A stretch of DNA of 32,000 nucleotides from Candidatus Saccharimonadota bacterium (GTDB lineage: Bacteria; Bacteroidota; Bacteroidia; Cytophagales; Amoebophilaceae): contig NZ_OZ239769.1 of the NCBI RefSeq assembly GCF_965196625.1, forward strand, positions 240,001-272,000, written 5' to 3'. The notes beneath the pieces were generated by a model. The model ran no database searches. It was not told the DNA's origin and was given only the letters and a program-made list of their open reading frames with translations. The position numbers and the translations under genes are program-made. Positions 1 to 9,547 of the stretch are shown here, piece by piece (position 1 is the stretch's first letter; each line of letters opens with the position of its first letter).

Positions 1-240
1 GCTTTTTTGCGCATCTTGAAAGGAGCTGCACCATGCTGCTTTCAAGATGCTATGGCCCCCAGCAGCAACTGATTTTTTCTTTACGTGCACACCATTGACC
101 ATTTTATGTTACAGAATGCAAATATAAGCCATTTTTTGTTATTATGATATGCTTACGCAAAAGAGGGCGATATTGTAGAGGTTTTAATATATTGGGGCCT
201 TGTAGGCTATACAGGATTCAGCTAAACTTTAATAATTTTC

Positions 241-1104
241 ATGGAACAAAAAGCACCACCGACTACCACCACCCAGCGTCCAGATTGGCTACGGGTTAAA
301 TTACCTATAGGGAAAGACTATAGAGCCGTTCGTGCGATTGTAGATCAACACAAGCTACATACCATTTGCACAAGCGGAAACTGCCCAAATATGGGCGAAT
401 GTTGGGGAGCAGGTACAGCTACTTTTATGATATTAGGCAATATTTGTACGCGCAGTTGTGGCTTTTGTGCCGTAGCAACGGGTAGACCTACTGCCTATGA
501 TAAGGACGAACCCAAACGAGTGGCACAAGCGATTCATCTGATGGGGGTGAAACATGCAGTGATCACTTCGGTAAACAGGGATGAACTCAAAGATTGTGGG
601 GCAGAGATTTGGTATGAAACCGTTAGGGAGATCAAGGCTTTGAACCCTACTACTACGATAGAAACCTTAATCCCAGATGTTAAAGCGATTTGGTGGGCAC
701 TAGAGCGGATGATTAGTGCGGGCCAAGAGGTGGTCTCTCACAATATGGAAACGGTAGAAAGACTCTATAAGAAAGTCCGTCCACAAGCCAAATATGCACG
801 GAGCTTAGAACAACTTAAACGGATTAAAACATATGGCAAACGATCTAAATCGGGTATTATGCTAGGATTAGGGGAAACAGATGCAGAAGTCTATCAAGTG
901 ATGGATGACCTCAGGGAACATGGGTTGGATGTGCTAACGCTGGGCCAATACCTCCAACCTACCAAGCAACATCTTGATGTGGTGCAATTTGTACATCCAG
1001 ATAAATTTGCGCATTTCAAAGAGGAGGGGCTTAAGCGCGGATTTGCTTATGTGGAGTCAGGCCCACTCGTGCGTTCATCTTACCATGCAGAACGACACCT
1101 GTAA
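241..1104 (+). CDS. lipA: Lipoyl synthase (radical SAM)
   Basis: 287-aa ORF. It has the LipA-specific N-terminal C-X4-C-X5-C motif ([12 protein letters not shown]) and the radical-SAM C-X3-C-X2-C motif (CTRSCGFC). Length is typical of LipA. Confidence 0.93.
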   Translation: MEQKAPPTTTTQRPDWLRVKLPIGKDYRAVRAIVDQHKLHTICTSGNCPNMGECWGAGTATFMILGNICTRSCGFCAVATGRPTAYDKDEPKRVAQAIHLMGVKHAVITSVNRDELKDCGAEIWYETVREIKALNPTTTIETLIPDVKAIWWALERMISAGQEVVSHNMETVERLYKKVRPQAKYARSLEQLKRIKTYGKRSKSGIMLGLGETDAEVYQVMDDLREHGLDVLTLGQYLQPTKQHLDVVQFVHPDKFAHFKEEGLKRGFAYVESGPLVRSSYHAERHL

Positions 1105-1111
1105 GGAACAG

Positions 1112-1435
1112 TTAATCTATATCCTTTTTTAAAGCAACCAGAAAAGCACGTAAAGCATGCAACCGCTCAACCACCTCTGCTGGGGCAATGGCAGGCGCAC
1201 TGCCATGTTGCTGAATTACTTTGCGTGCGCCTGCTAGGCTATATCCTTTCTCTTTAACGAGCCTATAGATATAACGCAGCTGAGCGATATCTTTTGCTTG
1301 GTACCTTCTAGCCCCTTTGCTATTCTTATTGGGTTTCAGGATGCCACTAAAAGCTTTTTCCCAAAAACGCACCAAAGAAGGAGCTACGCCAAACTGGCGG
1401 GCTACCTCTTGAATGGTAAAATACTTTTTTTCCAT
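1112..1435 (-). CDS. MerR-family HTH transcriptional regulator
   Basis: 107-aa ORF. N-terminal helix-turn-helix pattern YFTIQEVARQFGVAPSLVRFWEKAF...RYQAKDIAQLRYIYRLVKEKGYSLAGAR is typical of the MerR family. It lies directly downstream of the M23 peptidase gene on the same strand. Confidence 0.75.
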   Translation of the reverse strand: MEKKYFTIQEVARQFGVAPSLVRFWEKAFSGILKPNKNSKGARRYQAKDIAQLRYIYRLVKEKGYSLAGARKVIQQHGSAPAIAPAEVVERLHALRAFLVALKKDID

Positions 1436-1512
1436 ACAATCAGCTATGCAAGTGCCTCAATATCGGATTTTGGGGTAATTTTTTCCACAGCTTAATTTCC
1501 TTTTTTTGCCTA

Positions 1513-2481
1513 CTAAAAGTTCGCGCAAAGGGCTTGGTTTTGATTCGCAGCTTGCTTACGCACGGCATCATATTCATCCGGAGTAAGCTCCCCCACAAAA
1601 TATTGCAGCGGATCCACAAGGCGTCCATTGCAGTAGACCTCATAGTGGAGATGCGGACCCGTTGAATCACCTGAATTACCAACGGTACCAATCTGCTTCC
1701 CTCTTTTAATCAGTTGCCGTTCTTTAACAGTGACCATATGCATATGAGCATAGTGGGTTTGAAAACCATTTCCATGCTCAATCAGCAAATGATTGCCATA
1801 ACCTTTTTTATCTTTTTTAATCCATTTTACATGCCCATTTGCAGCAGCATAGATCGGTGTATGAATAGGCGCTGAAAAATCAATACCCTTATGCATCTTA
1901 TATATCTTATGGAATGGATGGAGCCGCATGCCAAAAGTCGCGGATACGCGCTTCAAATCTTTGTTAGAAAGAGGCGGAAAACTAGGCGTAGAGGACAATA
2001 TACTGATGTTTTTTTTTGCAAGACGCAATATGTGATCATACGATTTCTTTTGAATCGTTAACTGACTGGTTAATTGATCTACTTTAGATAAAGTTTGGGC
2101 AATCAGCGCATGTTGGGACAAGTGGGCATATGCATTTACCCCTCCCATACCTGCATTGCGTTCTGAAGGAGAAAGCGGACTGGTATTCAGCAATAGCCTG
2201 AGACGATCATCCTGATCGTACAAGCGGGTTAAGAGTTCGGCACTGCTTTCTATCTTTTTTTGTACCATATGGTAATAGGCCTTAAGCATTTCATTATCTT
2301 GTAATAGCTGCTTTTCCCTGGGAGAGACAGCATAACCTTGATAATACCTAACGATTAGAACCGCTAACACCACGGAAAAAAATATATAAAGCAAGCTACG
2401 TACGATAAAGGCGGATATAGATGTTTGTACAGACTCATAGCTACAAGTAGCAGGGTTATAATAGTACTTGGTTTTAAGCAT
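1513..2481 (-). CDS. M23/LytM-family metallopeptidase with N-terminal membrane anchor
   Basis: 322-aa ORF. Hydrophobic N-terminal segment (FIVRSLLYIFFSVVLAVLIV). M23 catalytic motifs HxxxD (HKGIDF) and HxH (GPHLHYEV) in the C-terminal domain. Confidence 0.88.
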   Translation of the reverse strand: MLKTKYYYNPATCSYESVQTSISAFIVRSLLYIFFSVVLAVLIVRYYQGYAVSPREKQLLQDNEMLKAYYHMVQKKIESSAELLTRLYDQDDRLRLLLNTSPLSPSERNAGMGGVNAYAHLSQHALIAQTLSKVDQLTSQLTIQKKSYDHILRLAKKNISILSSTPSFPPLSNKDLKRVSATFGMRLHPFHKIYKMHKGIDFSAPIHTPIYAAANGHVKWIKKDKKGYGNHLLIEHGNGFQTHYAHMHMVTVKERQLIKRGKQIGTVGNSGDSTGPHLHYEVYCNGRLVDPLQYFVGELTPDEYDAVRKQAANQNQALCANF

Positions 2482-2650
2482 AAAAAATATACAATTATGG
2501 AATATAAAGACCCGAGCTACTTTAATTTAATTAAATTGAACAGAATAGTCAACTTTTAGACCTCGTGCACAACCTATTTCCATATAAAAAAGCGACTCCC
2601 CAAAAGCAAATTAGAAAGCCGCTTCTAATAAAGGAAAAAAGAATAAAATA

Positions 2651-4567
2651 TTATTTTACCTCTTCAAATTCAGCATCGGTAACGTGGCCACTACCCTCTT
2701 TAGGATTTTCCTGGTCTACAGTGGAAGTAGTCCCCCCTCCTGTAGCTTGCGATTGCTGGTAGGCCTTAGCCATTACCCCTCCCCAAATCTTATTCACGGA
2801 TGCCAAAGCAGCATCAATAGCAGGAATATCTTTTTCTGCATGTGCTTTTTTCAAATCTGCTAAAGCAGGTTCTATATTTTTCCTATCTTCTTCTCCGATT
2901 TTATTGCCCAACTCTTTGAGTTGTTTCTCTACCTCAAATATAAGTGAATCTGCTTGATTGATTTTATCTATCTGCTCTTTTTCTGCTTTATCTGCCGCTT
3001 CATTGGCTTCTGCTTCCTCCCTCATTCGCTTGATTTCATCTTCGGTTAAACCAGATGAAGCTTCGATGCGAATTTTTTGTTCTTTTCCAGTACCCCTATC
3101 TTTTGCAGAAACATGCAAGATTCCATTGGCATCTACATCAAAAGCCACTTCTATTTGTGGAACGCCTTTGGGCGCAGAGGGTATATCCGATAAATGAAAC
3201 TGACCAATGGTACGGTTGTGTTTGGCCATCGGTCTATTGCCTTGTAGCACATGCACCACAACAGAAGATTGGTTGTCTGAAGCGGTAGAAAAAACTTCTG
3301 ATTTTCTTGTCGGAATCGTAGTATTGGCTTCAATCAGCTTGGTAAAAACACCGCCTAGTGTTTCAATACCTAGCGATAATGGAATCACATCAAGCAATAA
3401 AACATCTTTTACTTCTCCGGTCAATACACCGCCTTGAATCGCTGCGCCTACCGCTACTACTTCATCAGGGTTCACCCCTTTAGAAGGTTTCCTACCAAAA
3501 AAACGCTCTACTTCTTCTTGAATCTTTGGTATGCGGGTAGAGCCACCTACTAAAATAACCTCATGAATCTTGTTATGTGGATCAGAGACATCGCCAAAGG
3601 CATCTTTTAAAGCTTGCCTACAAGGAGCTAGGGTACGCTTGACCAAGTCATCCACCAATTTTTCAAACTGTGCCCTAGATAGTTGTTGTACCAAGTGTTT
3701 AGGAACGCCATCAATCGCTGTAATGTAAGGCAGATTAATTTCTGTAGTGGTTGCACTAGAAAGCTCAATTTTGGCTTTTTCAGCCGCTTCCCTTAGGCGC
3801 TGTAGCCCCGTTGGATCTTTTCTTAAATCAACGCCCTCTTCCTTTTTAAAGTTGTCTGCCAACCAATCTGTAATCTTTTGGTCAAAATCATCTCCCCCTA
3901 GATGGATGTCTCCATTGGTAGATTTAACTTCAAACACACCATCACCCAACTCTAGAATAGAAATATCAAAAGTACCCCCTCCAAGGTCAAATACAGCAAT
4001 GGTGATGTCTTTATTTTTTTTGTCCAGACCATAGGCCAAAGCAGCAGCAGTTGGCTCATTAATAATGCGCTTTACAGTCAACCCAGCTATTTCTCCTGCC
4101 TCTTTAGTCGCTTGGCGTTCTGCATCGTTAAAATAAGCAGGTACGGTAATCACCGCATCTGTAACGGTAGTACCCAGGTAATCCTCAGCAGCACTTTTCA
4201 TCTTTTGCAAGATAATAGCAGAAATCTCTTGAGGCGTATAGAGCCGATCACCAATCCGCACACGGACGGTGTTGTTGGCCCCGCTTTCTACCGTATAGGC
4301 CACTTCATTGAGCTCATTGGCCACACTATTGTAGCCTTTACCCATAAAACGCTTAATCGAGCTTATCGTATTATGCGGATTGATAATGGCCTGACGTTTG
4401 GCAGGATCACCTACTTTGCGTTCGCCCTTTCCGCCATTTAAAAAAGCTACTACAGATGGCGTAGTTCTTTTGCCTTCATTATTAGGAATTACCACTGGCT
4501 CGTTGCCTTCCATAACGGCAACACAGGAATTAGTAGTTCCTAAATCGATTCCAATTATTTTTCCCAT
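2651..4567 (-). CDS. dnaK: Molecular chaperone DnaK (Hsp70)
   Basis: 638-aa ORF with canonical Hsp70 signatures ([35 protein letters not shown]). Full length. Confidence 0.98.
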   Translation of the reverse strand: MGKIIGIDLGTTNSCVAVMEGNEPVVIPNNEGKRTTPSVVAFLNGGKGERKVGDPAKRQAIINPHNTISSIKRFMGKGYNSVANELNEVAYTVESGANNTVRVRIGDRLYTPQEISAIILQKMKSAAEDYLGTTVTDAVITVPAYFNDAERQATKEAGEIAGLTVKRIINEPTAAALAYGLDKKNKDITIAVFDLGGGTFDISILELGDGVFEVKSTNGDIHLGGDDFDQKITDWLADNFKKEEGVDLRKDPTGLQRLREAAEKAKIELSSATTTEINLPYITAIDGVPKHLVQQLSRAQFEKLVDDLVKRTLAPCRQALKDAFGDVSDPHNKIHEVILVGGSTRIPKIQEEVERFFGRKPSKGVNPDEVVAVGAAIQGGVLTGEVKDVLLLDVIPLSLGIETLGGVFTKLIEANTTIPTRKSEVFSTASDNQSSVVVHVLQGNRPMAKHNRTIGQFHLSDIPSAPKGVPQIEVAFDVDANGILHVSAKDRGTGKEQKIRIEASSGLTEDEIKRMREEAEANEAADKAEKEQIDKINQADSLIFEVEKQLKELGNKIGEEDRKNIEPALADLKKAHAEKDIPAIDAALASVNKIWGGVMAKAYQQSQATGGGTTSTVDQENPKEGSGHVTDAEFEEVK

Positions 4568-4760
4568 GTCTACTTTCTATTTTATTTGTATTTGATCACT
4601 TGCTCTTAAACGTAGAGCAATCTACCTAGCTTTATGTATGCATTAGGGAAATACAAAGTCTATGCCAAAGTAGCCATTTTGTTACAGGTTATGCCAAAAT
4701 GACATAATCTGCAACAAAATAGTGCATAAAGGATAATAGATATATGCTACAAAAACTTAC

Positions 4761-6926
4761 TTACGCCCTTTTTGCTCGAGCCGGTTTAGCACCTTTCTGG
4801 CTTTTTACAACATTTTGGTTGGATGGCTCTGCTGAAAAACTTTTATCATACCGCTCTGGATGGTTGATAATACCTCTGGCTTGCTCCAACATTTCAGTTG
4901 CATAGCCTTCTTGCGCCAATATATCTATGGCAATGGTTTGCGTAGAGGCACCAGGCACTACCTTATAGGTATACTGAATCCTGCCATCTTTGCCTATAGG
5001 CTTGATATAAACTTTATAGTTTTTAAAGCCTTTTTCGGGTTCCCGTTCTTCTAAAAGCATAACGATTGGATAGTGGGTAGCCACAATATTTAAGGCGTTG
5101 CTATATCTTGCAATATAATTTAATACAGAATAGCCTGCTGCTGAAGCCTCTTTGTAATTGGTTCCAGTAAAGGGCTCATCAAAAATAGTGAAACTAAATT
5201 CCTTCGGTTTCAATTTTTTCAACAGTTGCAAATGGGACTGAAAGCGATCCACTTCTGCCATAAAAAGCGACTTACCCGCTGCAATATCATCGGCAATATC
5301 GATATAGGTATTGATTTTGCTAAAGGGTGTCATTTCACACGACTTAGCAGGTGCTATACCAAAGCTTTGGCTGAGCAAAACAGTGGAGGCTACACCGGTC
5401 AAAAAGGTAGATTTACCGCCTGCATTGGGACCAGTTAAAACAATACTTTGTGTCGTAGTGCCATGCCCCATGCTTACATCATTGCCCACCGCATCAGCAG
5501 GATTTAACATCGCGTTCCACATCCCAACAAGTGCCAATCGAGGTTTTTCATAGTCTTGGGGTGGCAACAACCTGGTAAATGTATAGGTATGTGGCCCATT
5601 GAGCGCAGCGGTTTCCTTCATAAGCGTGGCAATAGATAGAAAGGCATCTAACACCCCTAAGGCATACATGGCATCATGGAAGACTGCTTTATGTTCCACA
5701 AAAAGCTTATAGCTGGCCAATAGCTTACCCGCATTACCAAAGAAATAAGGCCAAGAACGGAGGGGTAATTCATTTAAATAACGCAATAAATCACCCACCT
5801 CAGAGGACTCATTTAAACGTGCCAATAGCGCTCTTATAGGTTCTATTTGGGCGCCATAAAGCCGTTCTAAGTCAGGATTTTGTTGAATCAATCCATTGAC
5901 TTTTTCAGCGGTTGTCAAAAAGGTTTGCAGGTCTGCCATACGCAAGGCAAGGCTTTTCAATACACCTGAATATTCTTTGTAATTACGGTATCCTTTGTAG
6001 TATTGGTAAAGGGAATGTATGGTATAATAACCGGCCATAATGTAGAGCCCTATCTTAGATTCCGAGTCTTTACCACTCGTCTTCTTATAAACATGGAAAA
6101 GATTATAGCCTGGTAGAAACATAGGATACATGCGCTTATACCCCTCCTTATATGTGAGTTTTTCACCAAAAAAGGCAGTGGCTATTGCTGTAAGAGGAAC
6201 ACCTACCAGAGGATAGCAGATATAATTAGCATAAATGTTCCAACCATCCCTCAGCAACAATTTTCTTCTTTGCAGTGGACCAGCCAATTTATTTGAAGCA
6301 GGAGAACGGGTATAAAATAGACGTGTCAAATATTTATCATATTCTTTGGCATAGAGCGCATCTGTCTCCGTCCAAAAGGAAAGTATACCCTTTTCAGATG
6401 GCTTATAGTGTTGCAACTGCGCTTTTAAATCATTGTAAACCTGATGGTTTTCATATAAATAACGTATAAATCGCTGACGCTGTGTAAGGCGCTCTAGATT
6501 GGCAACTGGTGCAGCTAGGAATGAAGCCAGCGCACCCTCCCCTAAAAGGGTAATGGTCTTATTAATCCGAGCGAAAAAATGATAGGTAGGGGTAGCAGTG
6601 GTACCACAAAAAAGATGCAAATCATTCCAAACATATGGATTCAACACGTTCCCTGCCTGTTCATATTGCTTTCTGTAACCACTGCTCTTGGCAAAAATTT
6701 CATTGAATACCACAGCGCGCCCTGCTCTTGGTGAAAGATGAATATCTGTAATATTTGTATCCGAGACTTTTTTAGCCTGAGCAGCCTTTGGCAATGGCTG
6801 TTCTGCTTCAACAAATGATTTTAAATAATGGTCCGCTAATTGTGTGGCCATGGATGCATTGCTTTGGGAAGCCTCAACAGCAACTGGCAAACAAAATATA
6901 AAGGCCAATAATGAAGTAATACGCAT
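4761..6926 (-). CDS. MutS-related protein: MutS domain V ATPase with N-terminal signal peptide and internal hydrophobic segments
   Basis: 721-aa ORF. The C-terminal part has Walker A GPNAGGKST, Walker B-like FTIFDEPFTGTN and ATHY, as in MutS domain V. The N-terminus MRITSLLAFIFCLPVAVEA looks like a signal peptide. Hydrophobic segments include YICYPLVGVPLTAIATAFFG. I could not recognise a mismatch-binding domain. Confidence 0.75.
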   Translation of the reverse strand: MRITSLLAFIFCLPVAVEASQSNASMATQLADHYLKSFVEAEQPLPKAAQAKKVSDTNITDIHLSPRAGRAVVFNEIFAKSSGYRKQYEQAGNVLNPYVWNDLHLFCGTTATPTYHFFARINKTITLLGEGALASFLAAPVANLERLTQRQRFIRYLYENHQVYNDLKAQLQHYKPSEKGILSFWTETDALYAKEYDKYLTRLFYTRSPASNKLAGPLQRRKLLLRDGWNIYANYICYPLVGVPLTAIATAFFGEKLTYKEGYKRMYPMFLPGYNLFHVYKKTSGKDSESKIGLYIMAGYYTIHSLYQYYKGYRNYKEYSGVLKSLALRMADLQTFLTTAEKVNGLIQQNPDLERLYGAQIEPIRALLARLNESSEVGDLLRYLNELPLRSWPYFFGNAGKLLASYKLFVEHKAVFHDAMYALGVLDAFLSIATLMKETAALNGPHTYTFTRLLPPQDYEKPRLALVGMWNAMLNPADAVGNDVSMGHGTTTQSIVLTGPNAGGKSTFLTGVASTVLLSQSFGIAPAKSCEMTPFSKINTYIDIADDIAAGKSLFMAEVDRFQSHLQLLKKLKPKEFSFTIFDEPFTGTNYKEASAAGYSVLNYIARYSNALNIVATHYPIVMLLEEREPEKGFKNYKVYIKPIGKDGRIQYTYKVVPGASTQTIAIDILAQEGYATEMLEQARGIINHPERYDKSFSAEPSNQNVVKSQKGAKPARAKRA

Positions 6927-7115
6927 AATAAAATGAAAGGTTATAATTTATCTACACATGCTGACTTGCGCATGCAAGGCTACGATGCACGCAAATTTAT
7001 GCAAAAATAAACAAACTTTATATAGGTCTATTGATTTAATGCAAAAGATAGGAAAGATCTTAACTTTTTACTAAATTGCATCCGAAAAGCAAATTTTTGA
7101 TCTACCCAAACCACT

Positions 7116-8609
7116 ATGGCGCAATATATATCTTTATCGTGGTTTCAAAAATGGTTAAAAGTTATTTTTCCGATCCAAAAAGGGGAAAAACAAAAAATCT
7201 TTCTTCTTCTTTTTTTAAAATTTCTTATCTCTTTTGTTTACTGCATTTTAACGGCGCTTAAGGATACGGTTATCGTTACAGCGAATTGTTCTGCGGCTGA
7301 GGTTATTCCAATTGTAAAAGGCTCTATTATTTTTCCTATTTCAATCGGCATAGTGGTGGTATACACCAAACTCAACAATTGCTTAAAGCAGGCCACACTC
7401 TTTTATAGCACGGTCTTATTTTTTTTAGGCTTTGTCCTGCTATACGGTTTTGTTTTATACCCAAATGCAGATAAAGTAAGCCCGCATGCGATGGCAGACT
7501 GGCTTAGCATGCATACGGGATGGCTGCACTGGATTGCGCTACTCCGCCATTGGATTCACGTATTATTTTTTGTCATTGCAGAGCTTTGGGGGCAAGTAGC
7601 GCTCATGTTGCTCTATTGGAGTTTTGTAAATAATGTTTGTAAAATTCAAGATGCAAAACGATTCTATGCCATTTTAATTGCTGCAGGGGATGTGGCATTG
7701 ATTGTTACAGGGCCACTGGTCTTAGCCTATACTAAAAAATATAGCCATACGGACTTTGTATACACCGTACAGGCATTAATAGGGTATGTGGCTTGCTGCT
7801 GTTTAGCAATTCTATTTACCTACTGGTTTACCAATCACATTACCAAGCGAACGGTTGCTGCCACTACGATGCAGTGTAATGCGCCTGCGCAAACCCTACG
7901 TTTATCGCTCTGGGAGAGCTTAAAACACGTGGCTGCTTCGCCCTATTTAGGCAGCATAGCGGTTATGGTGATTGCCTGCGGACTTTCTATCAATATTGTA
8001 GAGGGAACTTGGAAATCTTATTTAAAAGAAGCTTTTCCGAAAGCAGTAGACTATCAAAGCTTTGTATCAGAGCTTAATTTTTGGACAGGGGTTGTTGCCT
8101 TAATCATCTCTCTTTTCTTTAGCGGGGGTATTCTGAGAAAATTTGGATGGAAAACAACGGCACGGATTGCACCAGCCATGATTGGGGTGATGGGTAGCCT
8201 TTTCTTTGTAATGAGTTACAGTAAAACCAACGCACCCAGTTTAACGAACTGGATGGGATCTAAATTGGTGCTATACTTAGTAATCTTTGGTGGCATCCAC
8301 AACATAGCAGCCAAGTCCATAAAATATGCTTTTTTTGATAAAACGACCCAAATGGCCTATATCCCGCTTGATCCAGAGGCAAAAATTAAAGGAAAAGCTG
8401 CCGTAGACCTATTAGGCTCCCGTTTGGGAAAAGCAGGATCCTCCTGGATCCAAATTGGATTGCTTGAATTGCTGCATACCAATAGTATTCAACCCCTTTC
8501 AGGGATATTATTGGTCTTTTTAGTGGCAACTACTATTGCTTGGTATAAAGCTGCTGGCAGCGTGGACCGACAATTGCATATACTGGAGGCAAAAGAAGCT
8601 AAAATATGA
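7116..8609 (+). CDS. tlc: ATP/ADP translocase (nucleotide transporter, TLC/NTT family)
   Basis: 497-aa polytopic membrane ORF. The N-terminal region IFPIQKGEKQKIFLLLFLKF...LTALKDTVIVT and the motif MAYIPLDPEAKIKGKAAVDLLGSRLGKAGSSWIQ closely resemble conserved NTT/Tlc blocks of Rickettsia and Chlamydia. Confidence 0.88.
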   Translation: MAQYISLSWFQKWLKVIFPIQKGEKQKIFLLLFLKFLISFVYCILTALKDTVIVTANCSAAEVIPIVKGSIIFPISIGIVVVYTKLNNCLKQATLFYSTVLFFLGFVLLYGFVLYPNADKVSPHAMADWLSMHTGWLHWIALLRHWIHVLFFVIAELWGQVALMLLYWSFVNNVCKIQDAKRFYAILIAAGDVALIVTGPLVLAYTKKYSHTDFVYTVQALIGYVACCCLAILFTYWFTNHITKRTVAATTMQCNAPAQTLRLSLWESLKHVAASPYLGSIAVMVIACGLSINIVEGTWKSYLKEAFPKAVDYQSFVSELNFWTGVVALIISLFFSGGILRKFGWKTTARIAPAMIGVMGSLFFVMSYSKTNAPSLTNWMGSKLVLYLVIFGGIHNIAAKSIKYAFFDKTTQMAYIPLDPEAKIKGKAAVDLLGSRLGKAGSSWIQIGLLELLHTNSIQPLSGILLVFLVATTIAWYKAAGSVDRQLHILEAKEAKI

Positions 8610-8655
8610 AGGATAAAAAAATTAAACTTGAATCATTTTTACACTAAAAAGCGAC

Positions 8656-9216
8656 TTAAAAGCCTTTCTCTACAAAATCTTTTGTTTTTAGATCCCATTC
8701 CCGAAAGAAAGCATCATCTTTACCACCAAATGACATGGTTATCAGGTAAAGATTAGGTTGATGAAAGCAATTGGAAACGCCCTTAAACACTACTTTTTTG
8801 CCTAATTTCTTTGAAAGCTTATCAACATCGATTAATACCTCCCACTTCGGCACATCTTTAGAATAATTTTTAAGTAAGGTTCTTCGCCACAAACCTTGGG
8901 GATTTTTAGCATCCGTCCAAAAATTATATACATAACCTTGACGTATTGTGCCTCCTAAATATTTTCTTTGATCATAACATATGGATTCAGTGTGCGCTTT
9001 AACAAGTTTATAAACGCCTGTTTTTTTTAAGAACTTTTCTGTTTTGTTTGTTCGTGCCTTAGCCCACTTAAGCGCTTCTTTCCCTTCTGCTTCCTCTAAA
9101 AATCTGGTTTCCTGAGGGTTGTATTGCATGGCTGTCTCTTTCTGGGTTGCCTGAACCCTGTTTGATGCCCCTAAAATGGTGGTCATTAAAATACAGTAAT
9201 AAAAAATGGTGCGCAT
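8656..9216 (-). pseudogene. Truncated prolyl oligopeptidase (S9A) gene: signal peptide plus N-terminal propeller part only
   Basis: The ORF is read from the ATG at 9216 (MRTIFYYCILMTTILGASNRVQA, signal-like). The body (FLEEAEGKEALKWAKARTN...YVYNFWTDAKNPQGLWRR...WEVLIDVDKLS...) resembles the N-terminal region of prolyl endopeptidases, which are about 700 aa. Here there are only about 186 codons, and the next gene ends 46 nt beyond the stop, so the catalytic domain is absent. Confidence 0.6.
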
Positions 9217-9374
9217 GGTTGTATTTTTATAAAAAAATTTTAAAATTGAGTATATTCCTGTAAAATTTTTACTATCCAGTAAACTAACCCTATGCTTCAC
9301 AGTCACTACCATTAAAGGAGGGATAGACAAGCTTCTAGAACAGAGTTTCCATTAGAAATCGAATTTTGCAAGTA

Positions 9375-9473
9375 TGTGTTCATAAAATGGCATCAAGTTA
9401 ATAAGTAATTTTATTGACTATCAAATAAAACATAATTTTAATGGGCGATTGTTCCCATTGCGTCAATTTAAAG
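9375..9473 (-). repeat. Dispersed copy (inverted orientation) of the repeat family found at 14686-15100
   Basis: The reverse complement (ctttaaattgacgcaatgggaacaatcgcccattaaaa...ttttatttgatagtcaataaaat...ccatt...tgaaca) aligns by eye over about 100 nt with 14874-14980 (ctttaacttaacgcaatgggaacaaccgcccattaaaa...ttttatttgataatcaataaaat...ccatt...tgaaca). Confidence 0.75.
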
Positions 9474-9547
9474 ATATCTGTTCATAACATTGTTAAAAAA
9501 TGAATTTTTATGTTATTTTTTTAAAGTAACCAAAAAATCAAACGCTG

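Noticed and set aside
12-49. Perfect 11-bp inverted repeat catcttgaaag-N16-ctttcaagatg at the left window edge.
   Set aside because: Its significance is marginal. It is not followed by a T-run on either strand. It lies inside a possible minus-strand ORF that runs off the window, so its context cannot be judged.
1-102. Minus-strand ORF starting at the ATG at 102 (MVNGVHVKKKSVAAGGHSILKAAW...), open to the window edge and divergent from lipA.
   Set aside because: Only 34 codons are visible and there is no recognisable motif. It may be the 5' end of a real gene, but that cannot be supported from this window.
2958-4595. Many 60-110-aa ORFs antisense or out of frame within dnaK. The same occurs inside the MutS-like gene, the tamB-like gene, recA, the Omp85 gene, rng and the two OMP genes (e.g. 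5226..5553, 10921..11103, 12857..13192, 18533..19297, 20420..21050, 23811..24603, 25975..26229, 26969..27634).
   Set aside because: They lie entirely within much longer ORFs that have clear family signatures. Their translations are low-complexity or compositionally odd, and none has a recognisable motif. They are shadow ORFs.
4600-4620. ttgctct-N7-agagcaa hairpin in the dnaK 5' leader. I also looked for a CIRCE element (TTAGCACTC-N9-GAGTGCTAA).
   Set aside because: No CIRCE-like sequence is present. A 7-bp inverted repeat is expected many times by chance in 32 kb.
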